Assembly: GCA_023511835.1 (NCBI GenBank)
Contig: JAIMAT010000005.1
Coordinates: 2,049 to 66,048 of the forward strand
DNA length: 64,000 nucleotides
Direction of reading: 5' to 3'
Origin: Bacillota bacterium
Lineage (GTDB): Bacteria > Bacillota > Sulfobacillia > JAIMAT01
Both the position numbers and the translations under genes were made by a program. Below are positions 20,159 through 28,897 of this stretch, in pieces (positions within the stretch are counted from its first letter, which is position 1; each line of letters opens with the position of its first letter). The notes below the pieces were generated by a model. That model was given only the letters and a program-made list of their open reading frames with translations, searched no databases and had not been told where the DNA came from.

Positions 20159-22152
20159 AGAGCCCCTTCCTGGCCGCGCTGGAGGAGGGCCCGCTCCTGG
20201 CCGACGGCGCCGTGGGCACGCAGCTGCACGCGCGCGGCGCGCCGCTCTTCGGCTCGCTGGAGCTGCTCAACGTGCAGTCGCCGGAGCTAGTCCTGGACCT
20301 GCACCTGGACTACCTGCGCGCCGGCGCCCGCCTCCTGACCACCAACACCTTCCAGGGCCACCGGCTGGCGCTGGCCCGACACGGCCTCCAGGAGGAGGTC
20401 TGGCGGCTCAACGTGGCGGCGGTCAAGCTGGCGCGGCAGGCGCGGGAGATGGCGGGGCAGGAGGCTTTCGTAGCCGCCTCGCTGGGCCCGTGCCAGGGGG
20501 CGCTGGCGCCGCTGGGCCCGCTCCGCGAGGAGGAGGTGGAGGCCGCCTACCGCGAGCAGGTGCGGGCGCTGGTGGCGGGTGGCGCCGACCTCTTCCTGCT
20601 GGAGACCTTCTCCGACCCGCGCCAGCTGGCGCTGGCGCTCCGGGCGGTGCGCGCCGAGTCCGACCTGCCGGCGGTCGCCTTCTTCACCTTCTCCGCCGAC
20701 GGGACCACCCTCTACGGAAGTCCGGTGGAGCGGGTGGTGGAGGAGTTCCTGGAGGCGCTGGGCGGCGAGCCGCTGCCGGAGCTGATGGGCGTCAACTGCG
20801 GCGCCGGGCCGGCGCCCAGCCTGGAGAGCCTGGCGCGCCTGGAGCGGGCGCTGGGCGGCCGCCTGCCCGGGGACCGGGAGGGGCGCTGGGCGCTCTCGCC
20901 CAACGCGGGCCTGCCGGAGCGGAGCGCGGAGGGCGTCCGCTACCCCTCCCGACCGGGCTACTTCGCCGAGACGGTGGCACGCGGCCTGGAGCTGGGCGCG
21001 CGGCTGGTGGGCGGCTGCTGCGGCACGTCGCCGGAGCATGTCGCCCGGCTGGGGCTGGAGCTGGCCCGCCGGAGGCCGGCCTCCGGGGCCGGAGGGGCGG
21101 CCACGCCCGGCGGGGCCGGGCCGGCCGCGCTCGTCGCCCCCGCCCGGGCGGAGGGCGGCGGGGCGTCGCGGGCGGTGCCGGCGGGCCGGACGGAGGAGGG
21201 GGAGCCTCCCGAGACGGCGCGGCCGCCGACCGGCGAGGCGCCGGGCGGCGGGCGCTTGGCGGAACGGCTGGGGCGGGAGCTGGTGGTCAGCCTGGAGCTC
21301 GATCCGCCCCGCGGGGCGGTGGCCGACCGCTTCCTGGCGCAGGCGCGCCAGGCCCGGGAGGCGGGCGTCGACTGCGTCAACGTGGGCGACAGCCCCATGG
21401 CCCGGGTGCGCATGTCCTCGCTGGCCGCAGCCCACCTGGTCCAGCGCGAGGCGGGCGTGGAGGCCATCCTCCACTTCACCACGCGCGACCGGAACCTGAT
21501 GGGGCTGCAGGCCGACCTGCTGGGCGCGCACGCGCTGGGCGTGCGCACGGTCCTCGCCCTCACCGGCGACCCGCCCGCGCTGGGCAACTACGCCCACGCC
21601 ACGGCCGTCTACGACCTCGACTCCGTCGGGCTGATCCGGCTGCTGCGCCGGCTCAACGCCGGCGAGGACGCCGCCGGCAACCGGCTGGCGCGACCCACCG
21701 GCTTTCTGGTCGGCTGCGCCCTCAACCCGGTGGCGGAGGACCTGGAGCGGGAGCTGGAGCGCTTCCGCGCCAAGGTGGCCGAGGGCGCCCACTTCGTCAT
21801 GACGCAGCCGGTCTACGACCCGGCCGACCTGGAACGGGTGCTGGACCGCCTGGGCGGCTCGCCGCTCCCGCTGCTGGTGGGGCTGATGCCGCTGGCCAGC
21901 TACCCGCACGCGCTCTACCTGCACAACGAGGTGCCCGGCGTCCGCCTGCCCGAACCGGTGCTGCGGCGCATGGAGGAGGCGGGAGCCGAGGCGCGCCGCG
22001 CCGGGCTCGAGGTGGTGCAGGAGGTCTGGCTGGCGGTCCGTCGCTGGGTGGCGGGCGCCTACGTGGTGCCCAGCTTCCAGCGGGTGGAGGACGCGCTCTC
22101 GCTGGTCCGCTGGCTGCGCGGGCTGGAGGCGGGCGGCCGGGCGGCCGGCTGA
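20155..22152 (+). CDS. yitJ: Bifunctional homocysteine S-methyltransferase / 5,10-methylene-THF reductase (YitJ type)
   Basis: LADGAVGT, GVNCG and GGCCGT Zn cysteines, then ELDPPRG, VNVGDSPMARVRMS, HFTTRDRNLMGLQ, ALTGDP. Confidence 0.9.
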   Translation: MKSPFLAALEEGPLLADGAVGTQLHARGAPLFGSLELLNVQSPELVLDLHLDYLRAGARLLTTNTFQGHRLALARHGLQEEVWRLNVAAVKLARQAREMAGQEAFVAASLGPCQGALAPLGPLREEEVEAAYREQVRALVAGGADLFLLETFSDPRQLALALRAVRAESDLPAVAFFTFSADGTTLYGSPVERVVEEFLEALGGEPLPELMGVNCGAGPAPSLESLARLERALGGRLPGDREGRWALSPNAGLPERSAEGVRYPSRPGYFAETVARGLELGARLVGGCCGTSPEHVARLGLELARRRPASGAGGAATPGGAGPAALVAPARAEGGGASRAVPAGRTEEGEPPETARPPTGEAPGGGRLAERLGRELVVSLELDPPRGAVADRFLAQARQAREAGVDCVNVGDSPMARVRMSSLAAAHLVQREAGVEAILHFTTRDRNLMGLQADLLGAHALGVRTVLALTGDPPALGNYAHATAVYDLDSVGLIRLLRRLNAGEDAAGNRLARPTGFLVGCALNPVAEDLERELERFRAKVAEGAHFVMTQPVYDPADLERVLDRLGGSPLPLLVGLMPLASYPHALYLHNEVPGVRLPEPVLRRMEEAGAEARRAGLEVVQEVWLAVRRWVAGAYVVPSFQRVEDALSLVRWLRGLEAGGRAAG

Positions 22153-22589
22153 GCGGCCGGGAGGAGCTCCTCCAGGCGGCGCCGTAACTCCGGCGGCAGC
22201 CGCCGCGGCCGGCCGCTGCGGGCGTCGACGAAGACCTGGACCGTCCGCCCGCTCGCCACGCGGCGGCCGTCGGCCGCCTCCACCTCGTACTCCAGCGCGA
22301 AGGAGGAGCTGCGCACCTCGCCCACGCGGACGCCCACGCGCAGCTCTTCGCCGAAGCGCGCCGGGCTCCGGTAGAGGCAGGAGGCCTCGGCCAGCACCAT
22401 GGGCGGCAGCGGTTCGCCGTCGGCCGCACGCCCGGCCAGCGCCTCCGGGGTCACGCCCAGGACGCGCTCCAGCCAGAGCGTGCGCGCCTCCTCGAAGTAG
22501 CTCAGGTAGACCGCGTTGTTGACGTGGCCGAGCAGGTCGCAGTCGCGCCAGGCGACGCGGCGCGTGGCCAGGAAGTCGTACCCCTCCAG
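22059..22589 (-). CDS. Acyl-CoA thioesterase (YbgC/FadM hot-dog family), predicted CTG start
   Basis: The conserved RVAWRDCDLLGHVNNAVYLSYFEEAR lies upstream of the first ATG/GTG/TTG. CTG at 22589 follows GGAGGGAGG. Also contains YRSPARFGEEL. Confidence 0.85.
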   Translation of the reverse strand: MEGYDFLATRRVAWRDCDLLGHVNNAVYLSYFEEARTLWLERVLGVTPEALAGRAADGEPLPPMVLAEASCLYRSPARFGEELRVGVRVGEVRSSSFALEYEVEAADGRRVASGRTVQVFVDARSGRPRRLPPELRRRLEELLPAAQPAARPPASSPRSQRTSESASSTRWKLGTT

Positions 22590-22608
22590 GCGTCCTCCCT
22601 CCCCGCGG

Positions 22609-23577
22609 TCAGCCGTTCTGGGCGCCGCCTGCCTGGCGCGGCGGCCGCAGCTCCACCGTCGGCCGGTGGAGGACCATGGCGCCGGCGGGCACGCTCTCGG
22701 TCACCCAGCAGTTGCCGCCGATGACCGCGCCGCGCCCGACGACGGTCTCGCCGCCCAGGATGGTGGCGCCCGAGTAGACCACCACGTCGTCCTCCAGCGT
22801 GGGGTGACGCTTCTGGTTGCGGATGAGCGCCCCGCTCTCGTCCTTGGGGAAGCTGAGGGCGCCGATGGTGACGCCCTGGTAGAGCTTCACCCGGTCGCCG
22901 ATGACCGCCGTCTCGCCGATGACCACGCCGGTGCCGTGGTCGATGAAGAAGCTCCGCCCGATCCGCGCGCCCGGGTGGATGTCGATGCCCGTCACGCTGT
23001 GGGCGTACTCGGTCATCATGCGCGGGATGAGCGGCACGCCGCGGAGCCAGAGCTCGTGGGCCAGGCGGTAGACGAGGACGGCGAAGAAGCCGGGGTAGGC
23101 GAGCAGGATCTCGTCCAGGCTCTTGGCCGCCGGGTCGCCGTCGAAGGCCGCCTGCACGTCGTCGCAGAGCAGGTCGCGGATGCGCGGCAGCTCGGCCAGG
23201 AAGGCGGCGGCCACCGACTGCGCCCAGCTCAGCTGCGGGCAGAGCGAGGCCGAGGTGTCGCAGGCGTGCGCCCGCGCCGAATGGATCTCGTCGGCCAGGT
23301 CCCAGAAGATGTCGCCCAGCCGCTCGTTGAGGGCCGTCAGGTCGAGGCGGACCGCCTGGCGCCCGCTGTAGTGGCCGGGGAAGAGCACCCGGCGCAGCTT
23401 GCCGACCAGGCGGATGACGCGCTCGTAGTCGGGGTAGCGGGGAGCCACCGGCTCGCGCAGGTTGCCCTGCTGCTGCGCCGCGTGCAGGCGCTCGGCCGCC
23501 TGCAGCACGCGCCGCATGGCGCCTCCCAGCTCGTCGGACGCGGTGCGCCCGTCCTCCAGCTCGTGGGCCAAGGCCAT
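22609..23577 (-). CDS. cysE: Serine O-acetyltransferase (long N-terminal form)
   Basis: DVQAAFDGDPAA, YPGF.A...YRLAH, IDIHPGARIG, IDHGTGVVIGET, RHPTL. Confidence 0.93.
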   Translation of the reverse strand: MALAHELEDGRTASDELGGAMRRVLQAAERLHAAQQQGNLREPVAPRYPDYERVIRLVGKLRRVLFPGHYSGRQAVRLDLTALNERLGDIFWDLADEIHSARAHACDTSASLCPQLSWAQSVAAAFLAELPRIRDLLCDDVQAAFDGDPAAKSLDEILLAYPGFFAVLVYRLAHELWLRGVPLIPRMMTEYAHSVTGIDIHPGARIGRSFFIDHGTGVVIGETAVIGDRVKLYQGVTIGALSFPKDESGALIRNQKRHPTLEDDVVVYSGATILGGETVVGRGAVIGGNCWVTESVPAGAMVLHRPTVELRPPRQAGGAQNG

Positions 23578-23658
23578 CGCCCTCCTGTCCCCTCAATCTA
23601 GCATCGAGGGGCGCGGGGCCGCATACGGCTGGAGCGACGAAGCCGGGGGGTGAGCGCC

Positions 23659-24045
23659 ATGTCCGACCTGAAGGCGCTGGCGGACCAGCTGCGGGCGCAC
23701 GAGTCGGAGCTGATGCCCACCTACGAGGAGCTGGCGCGCGCCGCCGAGGCTCCCGCCGAGGTGAAGATCGTCCACCAGCTCCGCGCCTACCAGCGCCTGC
23801 AGCTGCTCAGCCTGGAGCTGCTGGGCGACCGGGTGCCGGAACGCTTCCTGGGTTTCGGCCGGGTGACCGCCAGCGACGTCAACATCCGCTCCGCGCCCAA
23901 CGGCCAGGCGGGCCTGGTGGGCAAGGCGCAGCAGGGCGACCAGGTGATCATCTGCAGCTACCAGGGCTACTGGGTGGAGGTGCAGGTGATGCACGGGCCG
24001 TCGGGCTACATCTTCCGCGACTACGTGCAGGAGGAAGGCGGCTGA
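23659..24045 (+). CDS. Hypothetical protein: helical N-terminus plus C-terminal bacterial SH3 domain, no signal peptide
   Basis: VTASDVNIRSAPNGQAGLVGKAQQGDQVII...GYWVEVQ...GPSGYIFRDYV is a typical SH3b pattern. Confidence 0.65.
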   Translation: MSDLKALADQLRAHESELMPTYEELARAAEAPAEVKIVHQLRAYQRLQLLSLELLGDRVPERFLGFGRVTASDVNIRSAPNGQAGLVGKAQQGDQVIICSYQGYWVEVQVMHGPSGYIFRDYVQEEGG

Positions 24046-24100
24046 GCGGGAGGAGCCCGCCGCCCCGGGGCGAAGCCGCTTCCTGACGGAGGCGGCCGAC

Positions 24101-25384
24101 CTGATCCTGCGCGACCCGGTGCACGGCGACATCACCCTGACCGGCGAGGAAGCCTGGCTCCTCGACGCCCCCGAGGTGCAGCGGCTGCGCTGGGTGCAGC
24201 AGCTGGGCACCGCCTACCTGGTCTACCCCGGCTGCCGCCACAGCCGCTTCGAGCACGCCCTGGGCACACTAGCCGCCGCCGGCCGCATCCTGGCCGGGCT
24301 CCGGGCGGCCGGCTTCGACGTGGCGCCCGAGGTGGAGCGGGCGGTCCGCGCGGCGGCGCTTCTCCACGACGTCACCCACGTCCCCTTCGGCCACACCCTG
24401 GAGGACGAGCGCGGCCTCCTCCCGCGCCACGACCGCGGCCCGCGCCTGGGCCTCCTGCTGCGCGGCGAGCTGGGCCGCCGCCTGGAGAGGCTCGGCCTGC
24501 TGGGGCCGGTGCGCGAGATCCTGGAGCCCGAGTCCGGGGAGGAGCGAGCCGCCGGGGGCGGGCTCCCCCCCTGGGCCCGGGAGCTGGTGGCCGGCACGGT
24601 CGACGCCGACCTCCTGGACTACCTGCGCCGCGACGCCTACTACGCCGGGCTGAAGCCCGACTACGACGACCGCGTCTACCGCTACTTCGTCCTGGACGGG
24701 GGCCATCTCGCCCTCAACCTGCAGGACCGCGGCATCGACCGGCCCGACGCGCGCTCGGAGGTGATCCAGGTCCTGCGCACGCGCTACTTCCTCACCGAGC
24801 GCGTCTACTTCCACCACGCCAAGGTGGCCTCGGGGGCCATGGTCTCGCGGGCGGTGGAGACGGTGCTGGAGGCGGGAGGCGTCGACGAGGAGCGGCTTCT
24901 CCGGCTGGGCGACCAGACGCTCCTGGAGTGGCTGGCGGGCGGAGCCGGGCTCCGGAGCGGCGCTCGCGAGACGGTGGCCGGCCTGGCGCGCGCCCTCCTG
25001 GAGCGGCGCCTGCTCAAGCGCGCCTACGTCCTGACGGCGCGGAGCACCGGGCGCGACGAGCGCGCGGAGCTGACGCGCCTCTACTGGCGCCGGGGCGAGC
25101 CCCGGCGCCGGCTGGAGGCGGAGCTGGCCGGGGAGGCCGGCCTGGCGGAGGGCTGGGTGGTCGTCTGGTGCGCCCAGGAGAGCGCCATGAAGGAGGCGCG
25201 GGTGCGGGTGGTCAGCGCCTCGGGCCGGCGGGAGCTGGACGGCCCCGAGGTGGAGGTGCTGGACCAGGCCTACCGCGGCCTCTGGCGCCTCTACGTCTTC
25301 GCGCCCCGAGAGGCGCGCACGCGCGTCGAGGCGGCGGCGGAGCGGCGCTTCGGGCGGCCCAGCGAACTCCAGCCGCCGTCCTAG
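24101..25384 (+). CDS. HD-domain phosphohydrolase, SAMHD1-like dNTP triphosphohydrolase family, predicted CTG start
   Basis: RDPVHG, QRLR.VQQLG, HSRFEHALG, LLHDVTHVPFGH, DADLLDYLRRD, VYFH. GGAGG lies 8 nt before CTG 24101. Confidence 0.88.
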   Translation: MILRDPVHGDITLTGEEAWLLDAPEVQRLRWVQQLGTAYLVYPGCRHSRFEHALGTLAAAGRILAGLRAAGFDVAPEVERAVRAAALLHDVTHVPFGHTLEDERGLLPRHDRGPRLGLLLRGELGRRLERLGLLGPVREILEPESGEERAAGGGLPPWARELVAGTVDADLLDYLRRDAYYAGLKPDYDDRVYRYFVLDGGHLALNLQDRGIDRPDARSEVIQVLRTRYFLTERVYFHHAKVASGAMVSRAVETVLEAGGVDEERLLRLGDQTLLEWLAGGAGLRSGARETVAGLARALLERRLLKRAYVLTARSTGRDERAELTRLYWRRGEPRRRLEAELAGEAGLAEGWVVVWCAQESAMKEARVRVVSASGRRELDGPEVEVLDQAYRGLWRLYVFAPREARTRVEAAAERRFGRPSELQPPS

Positions 25385-25434
25385 TCGGGATTCCCCGGCC
25401 CGCCCCCTTCCCCCGCGGAGGGGGGCTTACTCAT

Positions 25435-25463
25435 TTGAGCGGGGGGTCCTGGCCAGGTATAAT
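25435..25463 (+). promoter_or_regulatory. Sigma-A promoter of the cytochrome b/Rieske operon
   Basis: TTGAGC-N17-TATAAT followed by an AT-rich leader. Confidence 0.75.
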
Positions 25464-25567
25464 GAACGCGCATTCCGATAGATGCACCCTTAGGAAATAT
25501 ACTTACAAAGCATAAGGGCGGACCGCCGGAGCCGGGCCGCGGCGGGGCGCCCGTAGGGGGGTCGGAG

Positions 25568-26341
25568 GTGGCGGAGCCCAGGCCGAGCCTCTGGGAGAGG
25601 ATCCGCGAGACCTCGCTCTACCGGTCGATCTACCGGACGCGGTACCCCGACCAGCCGCGCTGGCAGTCGATGGTCATCCTGCAGAGCCTCGCGCTCCACC
25701 TGCACCCGGTCCGGGTGCCCAAGCGGGCCACCCGTCTCACCTACACCTGGGGATTGGGCGGGCTGAGCGTCTGGCTCTTCCTCATCCTGACGTTCACCGG
25801 CGTCTTTCTGATGTTCTATTACGTGCCCGACGTACCCGGGGCGTACTTCTCGATCCAGAACCTGGCCACCAGCGTCACCTTCGGCCAGTTCATGCGCAAC
25901 CTCCACCGCTGGGCGGCGCACGCCATGGTCCTCCTGGTCTTCATGCACATGACGCGCGTCTTCCTCACCGGTGCCTATAAGCCCCCGCGCGAGTACAACT
26001 GGATGGTCGGCGTGGGTCTCCTCGTCCTCACCTTCCTGCTCAGCTTCACCGGCTACCTGCTGCCCTGGGACCAGCTGGCGCTCTGGGCCATCACCGTGGG
26101 CACCAACATGGCCGGCTCGACGCCGCTGATCGGCGGCGCCGTGCGCACGGCGCTGCTGGGCGGGTTCAGCGTGGGGCCGTCCACGCTGGTCCGCTGGTAC
26201 ACGCTTCACGTCATCTTCCTGCCGCTGGCGCTGATCGTGGGGATGAGCGTCCATTTCTGGCGCATCCGCAAGGACGGCGGCATCTCCACCCCCATCTACG
26301 AGGAAGAGGAGATCGGGAGCCATGTCCAGCTTGCCCAGTGA
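25568..26341 (+). CDS. qcrB: Cytochrome b, N-terminal (b6-like) subunit of a Rieske/cytochrome b complex
   Basis: LHLHP, FTGVFLMFYYVP, RNLHRWAAHAM, HMTRVF.TGAYK.PRE.NW, FTGYLLPWDQ, RWYTLHVIFLP. Confidence 0.92.
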   Translation: MAEPRPSLWERIRETSLYRSIYRTRYPDQPRWQSMVILQSLALHLHPVRVPKRATRLTYTWGLGGLSVWLFLILTFTGVFLMFYYVPDVPGAYFSIQNLATSVTFGQFMRNLHRWAAHAMVLLVFMHMTRVFLTGAYKPPREYNWMVGVGLLVLTFLLSFTGYLLPWDQLALWAITVGTNMAGSTPLIGGAVRTALLGGFSVGPSTLVRWYTLHVIFLPLALIVGMSVHFWRIRKDGGISTPIYEEEEIGSHVQLAQ

Positions 26342-27089
26342 GCGCCGCGAGGCGGAGGCGCGCCCGCAGGCCGGTTCGCGCGAGCGCTTCTTCGAGGACG
26401 TGCCCGAGGAGGAGCTGCGCCGCGTCTACGTCTGGCCCAACCTGCTGAGCATCGAGCTGATCGGGGGCCTCTTGCTCCTGCTCCTGCTCAGCCTCCTGGC
26501 CATCTTCGTCAACGCGCCGCTGGAGTCGCTGGCCAACGACGAGAAGACCCCCGACCCCTCCAAAGCGCCCTGGTACTTCCTGGGGCTGCAGGAGCTGCTG
26601 CTCCACATGCACCCCTCGCTGGCCGGCGTCATCGTGCCCGGCGTGGTCATCCTGGGGCTGATGGCCATCCCGTATATCGACCGCGAGCGGGTGGGGACGG
26701 GCATCTACTTCACGACCAAGAAGGGCCTTCCCATCGCCCTCTTCTCCCTGGCCTACACGGCCGTCTGGGAGTTGGCCCTGATCCTCCTGGACCAGTACCT
26801 GCCGGCGGCCGAGGGCGGGCACGGCCTGGGGCCCTACCTGCACACGGTGCTGGGCTGGCCGGAGTGGATCTCGGCCATCGTGGTGCCCAGCGCCATCATG
26901 CTCTTCATCCCGGCGCTACTGGTCCTGCTGGTGAAGCGACGCTGGCAGGCGGACACGCGGGAAGTGATGATCGCGCTCTACGCCTTCTTCTTCGCCTCCT
27001 TCTGGACGCTGACCATCGTCGGGACGTTCTTCCGCGGCGAGAGCATGAACCTGGTGCTGCCCTGGAACCTGCCCGGTTTCAGCCAGTAG
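26322..27089 (+). CDS. Cytochrome b C-terminal (subunit IV-like) subunit
   Basis: VWPNLL..E, NAPLE.LAN...TPDPSKAPWYFLGLQELL, PYIDR; several TM helices. Confidence 0.85.
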   Translation: MSSLPSERREAEARPQAGSRERFFEDVPEEELRRVYVWPNLLSIELIGGLLLLLLLSLLAIFVNAPLESLANDEKTPDPSKAPWYFLGLQELLLHMHPSLAGVIVPGVVILGLMAIPYIDRERVGTGIYFTTKKGLPIALFSLAYTAVWELALILLDQYLPAAEGGHGLGPYLHTVLGWPEWISAIVVPSAIMLFIPALLVLLVKRRWQADTREVMIALYAFFFASFWTLTIVGTFFRGESMNLVLPWNLPGFSQ

Positions 27090-27125
27090 AGGCCGAGGCG
27101 GCAAAGGCACGGGGGTGAGCGTGGC

Positions 27126-27677
27126 ATGAGCGTACAACCCGAGGAACAGCAGCCGGGGCCGGCGCAGAGGCCAGTGGCCGAACCGGAGAAGGTGGGCCGG
27201 AGGCGGCTCCTCCGCTACATCATGTGGGGCTCGACGGGCGTCTTCGCGCTGGCCACGGCGGGCATGGGCCTGGGCATGTTCTGGCCCCGGAAGATCCAGG
27301 GCTTCGGCGGCAAGGTGGTGGCCGGGCCGGTCAGCAAGTTCGCCCAGCCGCTCAGCGTCACCGTGGTCCGCGAGGGCAAGTTCTACGTCTCCCACGTCAC
27401 CAGGCAGTACGCGCCCGTGGAAGGGCTGATCGCCCTCTACTGGCGCTGCGTCCACCTGGGCTGCACGGTGCCGTGGGTGCCGGCGGAGGACCGTTTCCAC
27501 TGCCCCTGCCACGGCTCCATCTACGACCACGCGGGCAAGAACATCGCCGGGCCGGCGCCGCGGCCGCTGGACTGGATGCCGCTCACCATCGAGAACGGGA
27601 CGGTGGTGGTGGACACCGGCAAGATCAACCAGCGGCACGCGGTGGAGGCGAACCAGATCACGCCCATCAAGGGCTGA
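27126..27677 (+). CDS. qcrA: Rieske [2Fe-2S] protein with Tat signal/anchor
   Basis: GRRRLLRY + TM helix; CVHLGC and CPCHGSIYD; GPAPRPL. Confidence 0.93.
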   Translation: MSVQPEEQQPGPAQRPVAEPEKVGRRRLLRYIMWGSTGVFALATAGMGLGMFWPRKIQGFGGKVVAGPVSKFAQPLSVTVVREGKFYVSHVTRQYAPVEGLIALYWRCVHLGCTVPWVPAEDRFHCPCHGSIYDHAGKNIAGPAPRPLDWMPLTIENGTVVVDTGKINQRHAVEANQITPIKG

Positions 27678-27743
27678 GCGGGGACGCATTCGCGGCCGGC
27701 CCGGGCTGGCGCGAGGAAGGGCCGGCGGACGGAGGGGACCTGG

Positions 27744-27905
27744 GTGCTGTTGCAGCTGTCGGGCGCACGTGGTGAAGCGATCGAACTGCTGCTGGTGATG
27801 GTGACGCTGGGCCTCTTCTACGTGGCGATGTACGCCATCGACCGCTGGATGCGCGTCGACGGCGTCCAGCATCCCGTCCGGGGGGGTGGCCGGCGTGGCC
27901 GATGA
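27744..27905 (+). CDS. Small single-TM protein (53 aa) inside the Rieske/cytochrome b operon, absent from the ORF track
   Basis: [10 protein letters not shown] then GTG; MLLQLSGARGEAIELLLVMVTLGLFYVAMYAIDRWMRVDGVQHPVRGGGRRGR*; high GC3; overlaps the start of the cytochrome c gene. Confidence 0.6.
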   Translation: MLLQLSGARGEAIELLLVMVTLGLFYVAMYAIDRWMRVDGVQHPVRGGGRRGR

Positions 27906-28872
27906 GCCGGTCCAGGACCGCGAACGGGTCTACTTCCTGGTCACCACCCTGGCCTGGCTTCTCGTCCTGCTGGTGGTGGGCTACGCCATCTACGATCCGC
28001 TGCGCATGGCGAGCGCGGCCTCCCAGCAGCACCAGGCGGCCATCGAGGACGGGGCGCGCATCTACGCGCAGTACTGTATGGTCTGCCACGGCCCCAACGG
28101 CGAGGGCGTGGTGGGCAAGCCGCTCAACCGGGCCGACCTGCAGGGCGACCCGGCCACCAAGCAGGACGTGGTGGCCATGCTGACGCAGACCATCACCAAC
28201 GGCCGCCCCGGCTCGACGGTGCCGCACTGGGTGCGCCTGCCCGACGGCAGCTGGGCCTCCTTCACGGCCATGCCCGCCTGGGGGCGGTCGCAGAACGGGC
28301 CGCTGGACGAGCAGATGGTGAGCGACGTGGTGGCCTTCATCATGAACGGCGACTTCTCGCTGGCCGGCAAGTACACGCCGCCCATGGGCACGGGGACGGT
28401 CAGCCAGGAGCAGGCCGCCAAGCTGAGCTCCTCGGAGCTGATGCAGAAGCTGGTCCAGCAGCTGCCGCGGCCGGCCGGGCTGGACGCCTCCACCTACGCC
28501 CGGGCGCAGCAGCTGATCGCCAAGTACGGCTGCCTCAGCTGCCACACCATCGGCTCGGTGGGCGGCCGCATCGGGCCCGACCTGACGCAGGTGGGCAGCT
28601 GGGGGCTGGACGCGAGCTTCCTGCAGAACTGGCTCTTGCACGCGCCCACGGTGAAGGACCGGGCGCCCGTCTACTGGTCCAACTTCCAGGATCCCTTCCC
28701 GGTGCTGGAGCGGGCGCTGGGCGGGACGGGCGGCTCGCAGGGCGCGCTGGCGCCGCTGCCGGCGCCGACGCCGCTGGAGCATCCGACGGATATGCCCAAC
28801 TTCCAGCAGTCGATGGGCATGACCCCCGCGGATGCGCAGACGCTGGCCGACTATCTGCTGCACCTGAAGTAG
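27886..28872 (+). CDS. Membrane-anchored diheme cytochrome c
   Basis: N-terminal TM helix, two heme motifs CMVCH and CLSCH, with distal Met candidates (AMPAW, DMPNF). Confidence 0.88.
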   Translation: MAGVADEPVQDRERVYFLVTTLAWLLVLLVVGYAIYDPLRMASAASQQHQAAIEDGARIYAQYCMVCHGPNGEGVVGKPLNRADLQGDPATKQDVVAMLTQTITNGRPGSTVPHWVRLPDGSWASFTAMPAWGRSQNGPLDEQMVSDVVAFIMNGDFSLAGKYTPPMGTGTVSQEQAAKLSSSELMQKLVQQLPRPAGLDASTYARAQQLIAKYGCLSCHTIGSVGGRIGPDLTQVGSWGLDASFLQNWLLHAPTVKDRAPVYWSNFQDPFPVLERALGGTGGSQGALAPLPAPTPLEHPTDMPNFQQSMGMTPADAQTLADYLLHLK

Positions 28873-28897
28873 GGGCGCGGGAGGGGGGAGGGGAGCC

